This document shows, in pieces, positions 11,223 to 18,951 of a stretch of DNA of 32,000 bases. Source of the DNA: Saccharolobus solfataricus (GTDB lineage Archaea > Thermoproteota > Thermoprotei_A > Sulfolobales > Sulfolobaceae); the NCBI RefSeq assembly GCF_900079115.1, contig NZ_LT549890.1, positions 2,220,001-2,252,000 on the forward strand. The letters are read 5' to 3'. Numbering within the stretch: the first letter of the stretch is position 1; the number at the start of each line of letters is the position of its first letter. The notes under the pieces are model-generated. The model saw only the letters and a list, made by a program, of their open reading frames with translations, searched no databases and had not been told where the DNA came from. The position numbers were made by a program, and so were the translations under genes.

Positions 11223-11433
11223 ATAATAATAGGCTTAATTTGGAGTAATGCTCTAAAGTATTAAATTAAAGATATAACTAGCTCTCTATCAAAGTTAGGT
11301 TATATGATCGATAGCTGTTACCGACAGTATCCGATAAACTATGAACCTTTCATCTAATATTATCCATTATTGCTATATCTCTCTTCGCTATTGGATAAGC
11401 GGATGTTATATGCCTCCACAAGATAATAAGAAA

Positions 11434-11441
11434 TTTATAAG
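11434..11441 (+). promoter_or_regulatory. TATA box candidate for thrB (leaderless transcript)
   Basis: TTTATAAG begins 27 nt upstream of the GTG start at 11461. This is the spacing expected for a leaderless Sulfolobus mRNA. Confidence 0.5.
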
Positions 11442-11460
11442 TACTATTATTATTTAAGTT

Positions 11461-12396
11461 GTGGAGTGTAAAAGGGCTAGGGCGTATTCCAGTTCGGCTA
11501 ATTTAGGTTCGGGCTTCGACATATTATCAATAGCACATACTGCGTTTTTTGACACTGTGGAAATATGTGTTGAGAATAAGAATTTAAATAACATTATAGT
11601 TGAAAGTAATTCAAAAATCCCACTAGAACCAAATAAGAACTCTGCTACTTATCCAATAGTTAAGATTATGGAGGAAATAGGGATAAAGGCTAGCCTTAAA
11701 GTTAGAGTAATAAAGGGTATTCCAGAGGGTTTAGGATTAGGGAGTAGTGGAGCATCGGCTGCTGCTGCTGTCATGGCGTTCAATAATCTATTTAACCTAA
11801 ACTTGTCTAAGGAGGATCTTGTCAGATATGCAATGTATGGAGAGATCGCCTCTTCTGGGTCTCCTCATCCAGATAATGTCGCCGCTAGTGTTTTTGGCGG
11901 AGTTGTGTCTGTAGTTTCCGTTAGTCCGGTTAAAGTTGTTGAAATACCTATAAATTACTCATTTGATATTTTGCTTTTCACCCCATTAAATGTGCATATT
12001 GAAGAGAAAACTAAGAAAGCTAGGGAAATGGTACCTAAAACAGTTACACTTTCTGATTATATAAATAATTCGAGATATATATCGTCATTACTTCTTGGTT
12101 TCATTAAAGGGGAGAGGGAGTTGATAAGATTAGGTTTAAACGATAAAATTGTAGAAAAGGCAAGACTTCCCTTATTCCCTTACTATCCTAAAATTAAAGA
12201 GGTTGCGATAAAATATGACGCAATAGGCGCTTGCGTAAGTGGTGCAGGTCCTTCAATCCTAGTTTTGACCGATAAGATGACCGATGAAAATAAAATTGTA
12301 GAAGAGGGAACTAAAACTTGTAATGAATTCAATGTTGAATGTAAAGTTATTAAAGCCAAGATTGCTGGAGGTGTAGGGATTGAAGGACGCGACTAG
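11461..12396 (+). CDS. thrB: Homoserine kinase (GHMP family)
   Basis: The N-terminus is SSANLGSGFD. The GHMP phosphate-binding motif is PEGLGLGSSGASAAA. SGAGPS lies near the C-terminus. The protein is 311 aa. Confidence 0.9.
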   Translation: MECKRARAYSSSANLGSGFDILSIAHTAFFDTVEICVENKNLNNIIVESNSKIPLEPNKNSATYPIVKIMEEIGIKASLKVRVIKGIPEGLGLGSSGASAAAAVMAFNNLFNLNLSKEDLVRYAMYGEIASSGSPHPDNVAASVFGGVVSVVSVSPVKVVEIPINYSFDILLFTPLNVHIEEKTKKAREMVPKTVTLSDYINNSRYISSLLLGFIKGERELIRLGLNDKIVEKARLPLFPYYPKIKEVAIKYDAIGACVSGAGPSILVLTDKMTDENKIVEEGTKTCNEFNVECKVIKAKIAGGVGIEGRD

Positions 12397-13510
12397 AGCA
12401 GTAAGGGAAGACATAGATGACTTAACTGGTGCTATAACTACTCCTATATATCAGACTTCTGCCTATCATTATCCCGAGGGAGAAAAATATAGATATTCTA
12501 GGGAATCAAATCCTACTGTTCTAGAGCTAGCTAAGAAAATAGTAGAACTTGAGAACGCTGAGATGGGTATTGCGTTTTCTTCTGGGATGGGAGCTATCTC
12601 CACTACTGCCCTAGCACTGCTAAAGCCTGGAAATAGTGTTTTGGTTCATCGTGACATGTTCGGGAGGTCCTATCGTTTCTTTACAGACTACCTTAAAAAC
12701 TGGGGTGTTAATGTAGAGGCATCATATCCTGGGAACAATAATATTATAGAGAAAGCAAAGTCTAAGAGGTATGATGTAATATTTGTGGAGAATATCACAA
12801 ATCCACTATTAAGGGTTATAGATGTCGCTGAATTATCCAAGGTAGCAAAGGAGCAAGGAAGCATATTGATTGTAGATGCGACTTTTTCTACCCCAATAAA
12901 TCAAAAGCCATTGGAGTTAGGAGCTGACATAGTAGTGCACAGTGCGTCGAAGTTTTTGGCTGGACATAATGACGTAATAGCGGGATTAGCTGCTGGTTAC
13001 AGTAAGTACTTAAATGTTATAGATCAAATGAGAAGGACTTTAGGAACTTCTTTAGATCCTCATGCAGCATATCTAACTTTGAGGGGTATTAAGACTCTTA
13101 AAATAAGGATGGATGTTATCAATAGGAATGCGGAGCAAATCGCTGAATTTTTAGAAGGACATCCTAAAGTCGTAAAAGTATATTATCCTGGTCTTAAGTC
13201 TCATGTGGATTACGATATAGCGAGAAAGGTTCTTAAAGGATTCGGAGGCGTTTTAAGTTTTGAAGTAAATGGAGGTCAAGAAAGTGCGTTAAAAGTAATG
13301 AAATCACTTAAGTTGATAATCCCTGCACAAACGCTTGGTGGGGTTAATTCTGTTATATCACATCCGGCCACTATGTCACATAGGACACTTAGTTTAGAAG
13401 AAAGAAAGATAGTTGGGATAACTGATAGCCTCCTCAGACTTTCCGTTGGAATAGAAGATGTAAATGACTTGATAGAGGATCTAGATAGGGCATTGAGCAC
13501 TTTATACTAG
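12380..13510 (+). CDS. PLP-dependent Cys/Met-metabolism enzyme (cystathionine gamma-synthase / lyase family)
   Basis: Matches are TTPIYQTSAY, SSGMGAI, DATFSTP and the Schiff-base lysine context HSASKFLAGHND. The TTG start is preceded by GGAGGTG (12367-12373) and overlaps thrB by 17 nt. A TAG two codons upstream (12374-12376) rules out any earlier start. Confidence 0.9.
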   Translation: MKDATRAVREDIDDLTGAITTPIYQTSAYHYPEGEKYRYSRESNPTVLELAKKIVELENAEMGIAFSSGMGAISTTALALLKPGNSVLVHRDMFGRSYRFFTDYLKNWGVNVEASYPGNNNIIEKAKSKRYDVIFVENITNPLLRVIDVAELSKVAKEQGSILIVDATFSTPINQKPLELGADIVVHSASKFLAGHNDVIAGLAAGYSKYLNVIDQMRRTLGTSLDPHAAYLTLRGIKTLKIRMDVINRNAEQIAEFLEGHPKVVKVYYPGLKSHVDYDIARKVLKGFGGVLSFEVNGGQESALKVMKSLKLIIPAQTLGGVNSVISHPATMSHRTLSLEERKIVGITDSLLRLSVGIEDVNDLIEDLDRALSTLY

Positions 13511-13821
13511 ATTATTGTTCTTATTTCATGTCTTAATTCTTCCTCTAACATTTCTCTTATCTCTCTTCTGTGTACTCTGCTTAAATGTAAATAAAGTCCT
13601 TTTTTTGTGAAGGGTCCTCTATTACATAATTTACAATATAATAAATTATTATTCTCATAAACTAGCCAAAAAGATACTTTATCTATAACGTTCAAAGCCA
13701 ATTTCTTTGAGGAAATTCCAACCAACTTAATTATCTCATCGTCCTTGACCATCATTTTACAAGCTTTCTTAACGCTAGGATCAATCAATTTTTCTGCAAT
13801 TATTGTAATTCCACTGTCCAT
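13507..13821 (-). CDS. Small protein with a classical C2H2 zinc finger
   Basis: YCKLCNRGPFTKKGLYLHLSRVH gives C63-x2-C66-x12-H79-x4-H84 (nt about 13570-13635). The ORF is on the purine-rich strand and overlaps the upstream gene by 22 nt. Confidence 0.6.
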   Translation of the reverse strand: MDSGITIIAEKLIDPSVKKACKMMVKDDEIIKLVGISSKKLALNVIDKVSFWLVYENNNLLYCKLCNRGPFTKKGLYLHLSRVHRREIREMLEEELRHEIRTII

Positions 13822-14339
13822 TTTTCATCCCATACTGAAGCAATGCCTATTGAAACTGTGGCTAATGCTATTAGTCTGTTGGCTCTTTTCTCCAAGTTAG
13901 TGAAGTCAAAGAATTGTTTCACATCATTTATGTCTATTCCCAATACCCTTAGAATCCTTTCCACTTTAACTTCCAATTCTAATATTTCAGTTTCTAATGT
14001 TCCTATATCTAGTTTTCTCTTAACATCTATGATGAAATCTAATATATCCCCTAATTCATTTTCACTTATTTCATTAAAGACACTCGTTATCTTCCTTCTA
14101 ACCTTTGAGCCTATAACTTCTGCCATCCCTGGAGAATAGTCGATTGGTGATAATTTAGAAATCCACAGATCAATATATTTCATTATGGTATTCCTCACTT
14201 CCTCACTCTCCCCTTCCAATTCAAGCACTATGGATGCAGCAGCCAGTATGTGAGCTAATGCCTCACCTACTCTTAGCTCCTCCTCGTAAGTAGTAAACAT
14301 GTCGATTGACGAATTTTTACTATCAATTTCCGTGCTCAA
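13800..14339 (-). CDS. Hypothetical acidic, predicted all-helical protein
   Basis: This is a 179-aa ORF on the purine-rich strand and the first gene of a two-gene unit with the zinc-finger protein. I recognise no family. Confidence 0.55.
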   Translation of the reverse strand: MSTEIDSKNSSIDMFTTYEEELRVGEALAHILAAASIVLELEGESEEVRNTIMKYIDLWISKLSPIDYSPGMAEVIGSKVRRKITSVFNEISENELGDILDFIIDVKRKLDIGTLETEILELEVKVERILRVLGIDINDVKQFFDFTNLEKRANRLIALATVSIGIASVWDEKWTVELQ

Positions 14340-14447
14340 GATCTATTCCCTACCTATTGTGCTTTGCGGATGAAAATATGAGAGAGAGATCAGATAATAC
14401 TAAATCGCCGGATGGTATGATGTGATAGTGGTATTATTAGGATAACT

Positions 14448-14458
14448 TAAAGTATAAA
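14448..14458 (+). promoter_or_regulatory. TATA box candidate for the DUF1152-like gene (leaderless)
   Basis: TTAAAGTATAAA lies about 20-29 nt upstream of the ATG at 14477. Confidence 0.4.
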
Positions 14459-14476
14459 GTAGGAAAAGATTTAAAT

Positions 14477-15484
14477 ATGAAAGCATTTGTTTTCGGGATT
14501 GGCGGTGGAGGTGACGTAGTATCTGCAATAGTTGCATATAATTACTTAAGGAAGTTAGGTTACGACGTTTTGCTTGGTTCAGTAGTTTGGGAAAGATATG
14601 TAGAGGATCCTATACCAGGACCCATATGTTTTGATAACATAAGAAACGGTGTTTTAGTAAATCAAGGTCTATACAAGGTTAATAGGGATACCTATGCGAT
14701 TAGAGGCAATAGGCGAGTAGTACCTCAATTAGTAAGAGCTGTTAGAGCATTAAATTTAGGTGAGGCTTATGGAATTTGTAATAAAGATGGGGTAATAGGT
14801 CTTTATTCATCATTAAAAGAGTTTGTAAATAAGGAAAAAATTGACCTAATAGTAGGAGTAGATGCAGGAGGTGATGTACTGGCCAAGGGTTGTGAGGAAA
14901 CTTTAGGTAGTCCACTCATTGACTTTATCTCTTTAGCATCGCTTGTCAAGTTAGAGGAAGATGGCTATAATGTTATGCTAGGAGTTATAGGAAGTGGCAG
15001 TGATGGAGAGTTACAATATGATTACTTTCTTAAACGGATCAGTGAAATAGCTTCGTTAAATGGTTTGCTAGATATTAAAGGTTATGATAGGGAAACAGCG
15101 AATCTAGTGGGGAGGATTTTGAATGAAGTTACTACTGAGGCATCAAAGATTCCTTTTGATGCATTCAAAGGATTATACGGAGAGATAACCATTAGAAACG
15201 GTACAAGAAAGGTTCTAGTTACTCCAATATCTGCTGTTATGTTCTTTCTTGACCCCATTAAGATAGCCGAGACTAGTCCCCTTTACAGCCTTGTTAAAGA
15301 TTCTATTTCAATTGATGATGCTAAAAAGAATCTTAATGAAGTTGGTATATATACTGAATATAATTTTGAAGAGGATTTATATAACGAATTTGGTTTAAAC
15401 GCTTCTCATGCTTCTGCATATGATGTGGATAGGATTAGAGTAGAAGGTAAGAGGAAATTGGGAGGCGTTAAAATAAAGTGCTAG
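14477..15484 (+). CDS. DUF1152-like archaeal protein of unknown function
   Basis: Two similar strand-Gly-loop-Asp motifs are present: FGIGGGGDVVSA (residues 6-17) and VGVDAGGDVLAKG (residues 126-138). The 335-aa size and these motifs match my recollection of the archaeal DUF1152 family, but this is unverified. Confidence 0.65.
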   Translation: MKAFVFGIGGGGDVVSAIVAYNYLRKLGYDVLLGSVVWERYVEDPIPGPICFDNIRNGVLVNQGLYKVNRDTYAIRGNRRVVPQLVRAVRALNLGEAYGICNKDGVIGLYSSLKEFVNKEKIDLIVGVDAGGDVLAKGCEETLGSPLIDFISLASLVKLEEDGYNVMLGVIGSGSDGELQYDYFLKRISEIASLNGLLDIKGYDRETANLVGRILNEVTTEASKIPFDAFKGLYGEITIRNGTRKVLVTPISAVMFFLDPIKIAETSPLYSLVKDSISIDDAKKNLNEVGIYTEYNFEEDLYNEFGLNASHASAYDVDRIRVEGKRKLGGVKIKC

Positions 15485-15514
15485 ATTTTTATTATTGCAT
15501 ATTTATATTGCTAT

Positions 15515-16057
15515 GTGGATCTGATTCATGAACTAAAGTCAGAGTATGGCTTTGACGAAGATGAGATAAGTTACGCATTATCTAGGGCTAGGGGTATTAT
15601 ATTTGGGTTTGCCATGGAGTATAGGGCTAGGCGAATATTACAAGAAATGAATTTTGAAAACATAAGATCAGTTGATATGCCAACTCACGATATAGAAGCG
15701 GAAAAAGATGGTGTAAAGTATTATGTGGAAGTAAAAGCTAGCAAGAAATCTCCTACGAGGGAATACAGTGCCTATAAGGTAGCGATGATAGCATTATTAG
15801 ATGGGGTACACTTAACCTTATCTATGATACCTAAGCCAAATCTTCTTTTAACTGAAGAAATCCTTAGTGAACCAAAAAGAATATTATATAGATTTTTCAA
15901 ACTGGCCTATTTGAAACAATTGGAAGAGCTGAAAGTATTTTTAGAGAATGAAAAAAATAAAGAAGTTTTAGACTCGTATTCTAATGTGATAAGGACTATT
16001 AGTAATAGGTATCACTTATCCATTATCCTTGATCTCGCTAATCCCTTTTCTTCTTAA
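15515..16057 (+). CDS. Hypothetical protein with an Hjc-like PD-(D/E)xK nuclease-fold signature
   Basis: E35 (AMEYRARRIL), D59 (THDIEA) and E72-V-K74 (YYVEVKASKK) have the order and spacing of archaeal Holliday-junction-resolvase-type cores. A C-terminal helical extension follows. The start is GTG, 30 nt after the DUF1152-like gene. Confidence 0.5.
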   Translation: MDLIHELKSEYGFDEDEISYALSRARGIIFGFAMEYRARRILQEMNFENIRSVDMPTHDIEAEKDGVKYYVEVKASKKSPTREYSAYKVAMIALLDGVHLTLSMIPKPNLLLTEEILSEPKRILYRFFKLAYLKQLEELKVFLENEKNKEVLDSYSNVIRTISNRYHLSIILDLANPFSS

Positions 16058-16585
16058 TTTAGAAGTTTTATATATTATCAGATCCTTTTCTGCCTTATCT
16101 AGGAACTTGTAAACTGAGGAATGCTCTTTCCCATCAATCAGAAGCTCTATCGCCTTTTTAGCTATTTGAACTTGATCGTAAGGTCCCAATACTCCTATGT
16201 AGTGGCCGTAAATGGAAATATCTACTCCAGTATACTCTTGTATTATTCTCTTAGTTTTTCCATTTTCTCCTATTATTCTTCCCTTTACTCTTCTTATCGT
16301 ATCTGGATTACTTCCTATAAGAGCTTTCAAATCGATTACATCTAAAGTATACTCATCGCTAAGCAATCTGAAGGCCGATTGCTCATCGAATCCTAAACCT
16401 ATTGCTCTTATTACAGAGACAGCCTTAAGAGTTTCGTACTGATTCTGTCCCTTAGGTAGTATATTAAAAGTTTTTGTTCTTTCATCATATATAATTTTAG
16501 TATCAGTAAATTGTTCTAGTTTCCCAATCACTTTTTTAACTACTTCTAATTTTTCATCTTCTACCGTGATGAACAAGATTATCAA
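16016..16585 (-). CDS. KH-domain RNA-binding protein (archaeal Dim2/Pno1 homologue)
   Basis: Two KH modules are present, including the GxxG-type loop IIGENGKTKRII. It is the third gene of the conserved aIF1A-Rio1-KH cluster, and its start overlaps the rio1 stop. Confidence 0.85.
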   Translation of the reverse strand: MIILFITVEDEKLEVVKKVIGKLEQFTDTKIIYDERTKTFNILPKGQNQYETLKAVSVIRAIGLGFDEQSAFRLLSDEYTLDVIDLKALIGSNPDTIRRVKGRIIGENGKTKRIIQEYTGVDISIYGHYIGVLGPYDQVQIAKKAIELLIDGKEHSSVYKFLDKAEKDLIIYKTSKLRRKGISEIKDNG

Positions 16586-17346
16586 TCCCCAGTAACTCCG
16601 TATTTTATCAATAACTCTTCTGTAGGCCTTATATTTATTCCTTTATTCTCAAAAAATCTATTTATGTTATCTAGGTCCCTTTTCAGTAATGTGATTGCAT
16701 CTTCGTAATCTATTGGAACTGCTTGACCTACATCGATTATATAACATTTATTATCATAAACTATTACGTTATATTCACTTAAGTCTCCGTGAATCAATTT
16801 AGCTCCTTTTACCATAATTTCCACTTGTTGAATTAAGTCCTCATACAATCCTTGTGTAATCTCCTCGTCACTTAGCTCCTTCAAAAGGGGAGCTCTTATA
16901 CCATTTTCCCCAATAAATTCCATCACGAGAACGTTCTCGAAAACCAGAATAGGTTTTGGTACTCTGGTTCCAGCCTCATATAGTCTACTAAGATTTTTGA
17001 ATTCCTTTTTTGCCCAAGTATTAATAAGTTGTTTAGTGTTAGTTACTTTTATGTCTTCGAACCTTATATCACCAATAGTATACTTCTTAATAGCTCTTTT
17101 ACTTTGAGCTGTAGATGTATAGTATATCTTTACTGCATAATACGTATCATCAAAAGTCCTAGCAGGATATATCCTAGCTTCTTTCCCAGACGATATTGCA
17201 CCTAAATACTCCTTAATGTTTAATCGTCTAGCTATTTGAATCAAATTTAGATATGTCCTATAATCTATTGTAGAATCTACTACTTTAAAAAGATCTTCAT
17301 CTTTGCGTCTTTTTTCATCTTTAGTTTTCTTCGGTAATTCTGTCAA
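16582..17346 (-). CDS. rio1: RIO-type serine protein kinase Rio1
   Basis: Matches are SSGKEARIY, AVKIY, the catalytic loop LIHGDLSEYNVIV and the metal-binding IIDVGQAV. There is no N-terminal wHTH, so it is Rio1 rather than Rio2. The start is TTG. Confidence 0.92.
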   Translation of the reverse strand: MTELPKKTKDEKRRKDEDLFKVVDSTIDYRTYLNLIQIARRLNIKEYLGAISSGKEARIYPARTFDDTYYAVKIYYTSTAQSKRAIKKYTIGDIRFEDIKVTNTKQLINTWAKKEFKNLSRLYEAGTRVPKPILVFENVLVMEFIGENGIRAPLLKELSDEEITQGLYEDLIQQVEIMVKGAKLIHGDLSEYNVIVYDNKCYIIDVGQAVPIDYEDAITLLKRDLDNINRFFENKGINIRPTEELLIKYGVTGD

Positions 17347-17348
17347 AT

Positions 17349-17675
17349 TTATCCTCTTAACTGGTCAATTACTTCTCTACTTATGATATTCTCGTTTACA
17401 AGTCTTTTTATTTCATCGTTTCCATACTTATACAATATATCACAACGATTAGGTTGAAAATCCCAAATACCTACAAGTACTACGTCTCCTTCTCTCATCC
17501 ACATCTTCTTCCTTATTTTACCAGGTATTCTCGCTAATCTCTCCTTCCCATCCATACATAATACTATTAAGTGATCCCCACCTAACATCTTCTTAACTAC
17601 ACATATTGTCTGTCCCTCTTCGGGTCTTGGCACATCTCTACTAGGTGCTTCCTGCGCTCTATCTTTCTTAGGCAA
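17349..17675 (-). CDS. eif1a: Translation initiation factor aIF-1A
   Basis: The S1-like OB core is ICVVKKMLGGDHLIVLCMDGKERLARIPGKIRKKMWMREGDVVLV. The protein is 108 aa. The TTG start is preceded by AGGTGA. Confidence 0.95.
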   Translation of the reverse strand: MPKKDRAQEAPSRDVPRPEEGQTICVVKKMLGGDHLIVLCMDGKERLARIPGKIRKKMWMREGDVVLVGIWDFQPNRCDILYKYGNDEIKRLVNENIISREVIDQLRG

Positions 17676-17722
17676 CTTATTTATTCACCTGCAATAGTCT
17701 ATTCTCATATATGCATAAAAAA

Positions 17723-18916
17723 TTACTTCATCTCTTTCAAGAGTTCGATCGCAATCGCAGTTGATCCTCCAATTCCATGACATATACTGGCTATTCCTCT
17801 TGTTCCATGCATTTTAGATAACACGTTCAAGAGAGTTACTATAATTCTAGCACCACTTGCACCTATTGGGTGACCTAACGCTATAGCCCCTCCAAATACG
17901 TTAAGTCTATCATAAGGTATTCCTAGGTATCTATTTATTAGAACATTATTTACGGCAAATGCTTCATTATTCTCAAAATAATCGAAATGGTTTATATCGG
18001 TATCTAATTTGCTTAATAATTTTTTAATAGCAAAAATTGGTGCTTCAGTAAACCTCCAACTTTCTATACCAACCCAACTATATCCTAGAATTCGGGCTAT
18101 AGGTTCTATTTTAAGTTCCTTAGCAGCTTTTTCGCTCACTAGTACCAACGCTGCGGCACCATCAGATATTTGAGACGAATTTCCAGCAGTGTGTAGACCA
18201 TCATCAGTAAATGCTGGAGGTAAACTAGAGAGCTTATCTAAACTGGTATCGGCTCTTATTCCCTCATCAGTATTAATTACCTTTCCATCAGCTTTAATTT
18301 CGACAATTTCTGACTTAAAGTATCCATTAACCGTAGCCTTATGAGCTCTTAGATGACTTTGATAAGCAACTTCATCCAACTCCTTCCTTGAAATGTTATG
18401 AGATTTTGCTACCATATCAGCCTCTTGTCCCATTACTTTATACTGGAAGGGATCTGTTAATCCATCGTATAACATAGTATCAATGAGCTCAATATTTCTA
18501 TTCATTAGCATTTTCACACCCCATCTAATATCAGATTTTATGGCAAACATTGCTTGGCTCATATTTTCCGTTCCACCCGCAACTATTATATCAGCATCTC
18601 CAGATTTGATCATCTGTGAAGCAGTAATTACGCTTATCATCCCTGAAGAGCAAACCATATCCACAGAAAATCCGTCTATCTCAAATGGAATCCCAGCACT
18701 AATTGCGCACTGTCTGGCTATATCTTGGCCATGCCCAGCTCTTAGGACGTTCCCCATAATTGCCATATCTATCTTCCCAGGTTCCACATTAGCTCTTCTT
18801 AACGCTTCTCTAATTACTATTGAACCTAAATCTACTGGTGAGAGGTTTCTTAAAGCACCGCCAAACTTTCCAATAGGCGTTCTAACAGCCGATGCAATAT
18901 ATACACTTTCGGGCAT
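17723..18916 (-). CDS. Acetyl-CoA C-acetyltransferase (thiolase II)
   Basis: The active-site cysteine context is VDMVCSSGM. NEAFA, GGAIALGHPIGASGARI and the C-terminal CHGIGG also match. The protein is 397 aa. Confidence 0.95.
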   Translation of the reverse strand: MPESVYIASAVRTPIGKFGGALRNLSPVDLGSIVIREALRRANVEPGKIDMAIMGNVLRAGHGQDIARQCAISAGIPFEIDGFSVDMVCSSGMISVITASQMIKSGDADIIVAGGTENMSQAMFAIKSDIRWGVKMLMNRNIELIDTMLYDGLTDPFQYKVMGQEADMVAKSHNISRKELDEVAYQSHLRAHKATVNGYFKSEIVEIKADGKVINTDEGIRADTSLDKLSSLPPAFTDDGLHTAGNSSQISDGAAALVLVSEKAAKELKIEPIARILGYSWVGIESWRFTEAPIFAIKKLLSKLDTDINHFDYFENNEAFAVNNVLINRYLGIPYDRLNVFGGAIALGHPIGASGARIIVTLLNVLSKMHGTRGIASICHGIGGSTAIAIELLKEMK

Positions 18917-18951
18917 ACTGAATATACATTCCTCTATAGGGTTTAAATTTT

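Noticed and set aside
11307-11335. An imperfect palindrome, ATCGATAGCTGT-TACCG-ACAGTATCCGAT, lies upstream of thrB and could be a regulator binding site.
   Set aside because: The arms need bulges to pair, so only a 4-bp perfect core (CTGT/ACAG) remains. The site lies about 100 nt upstream of the TATA box. It is too weak to call without conservation data.
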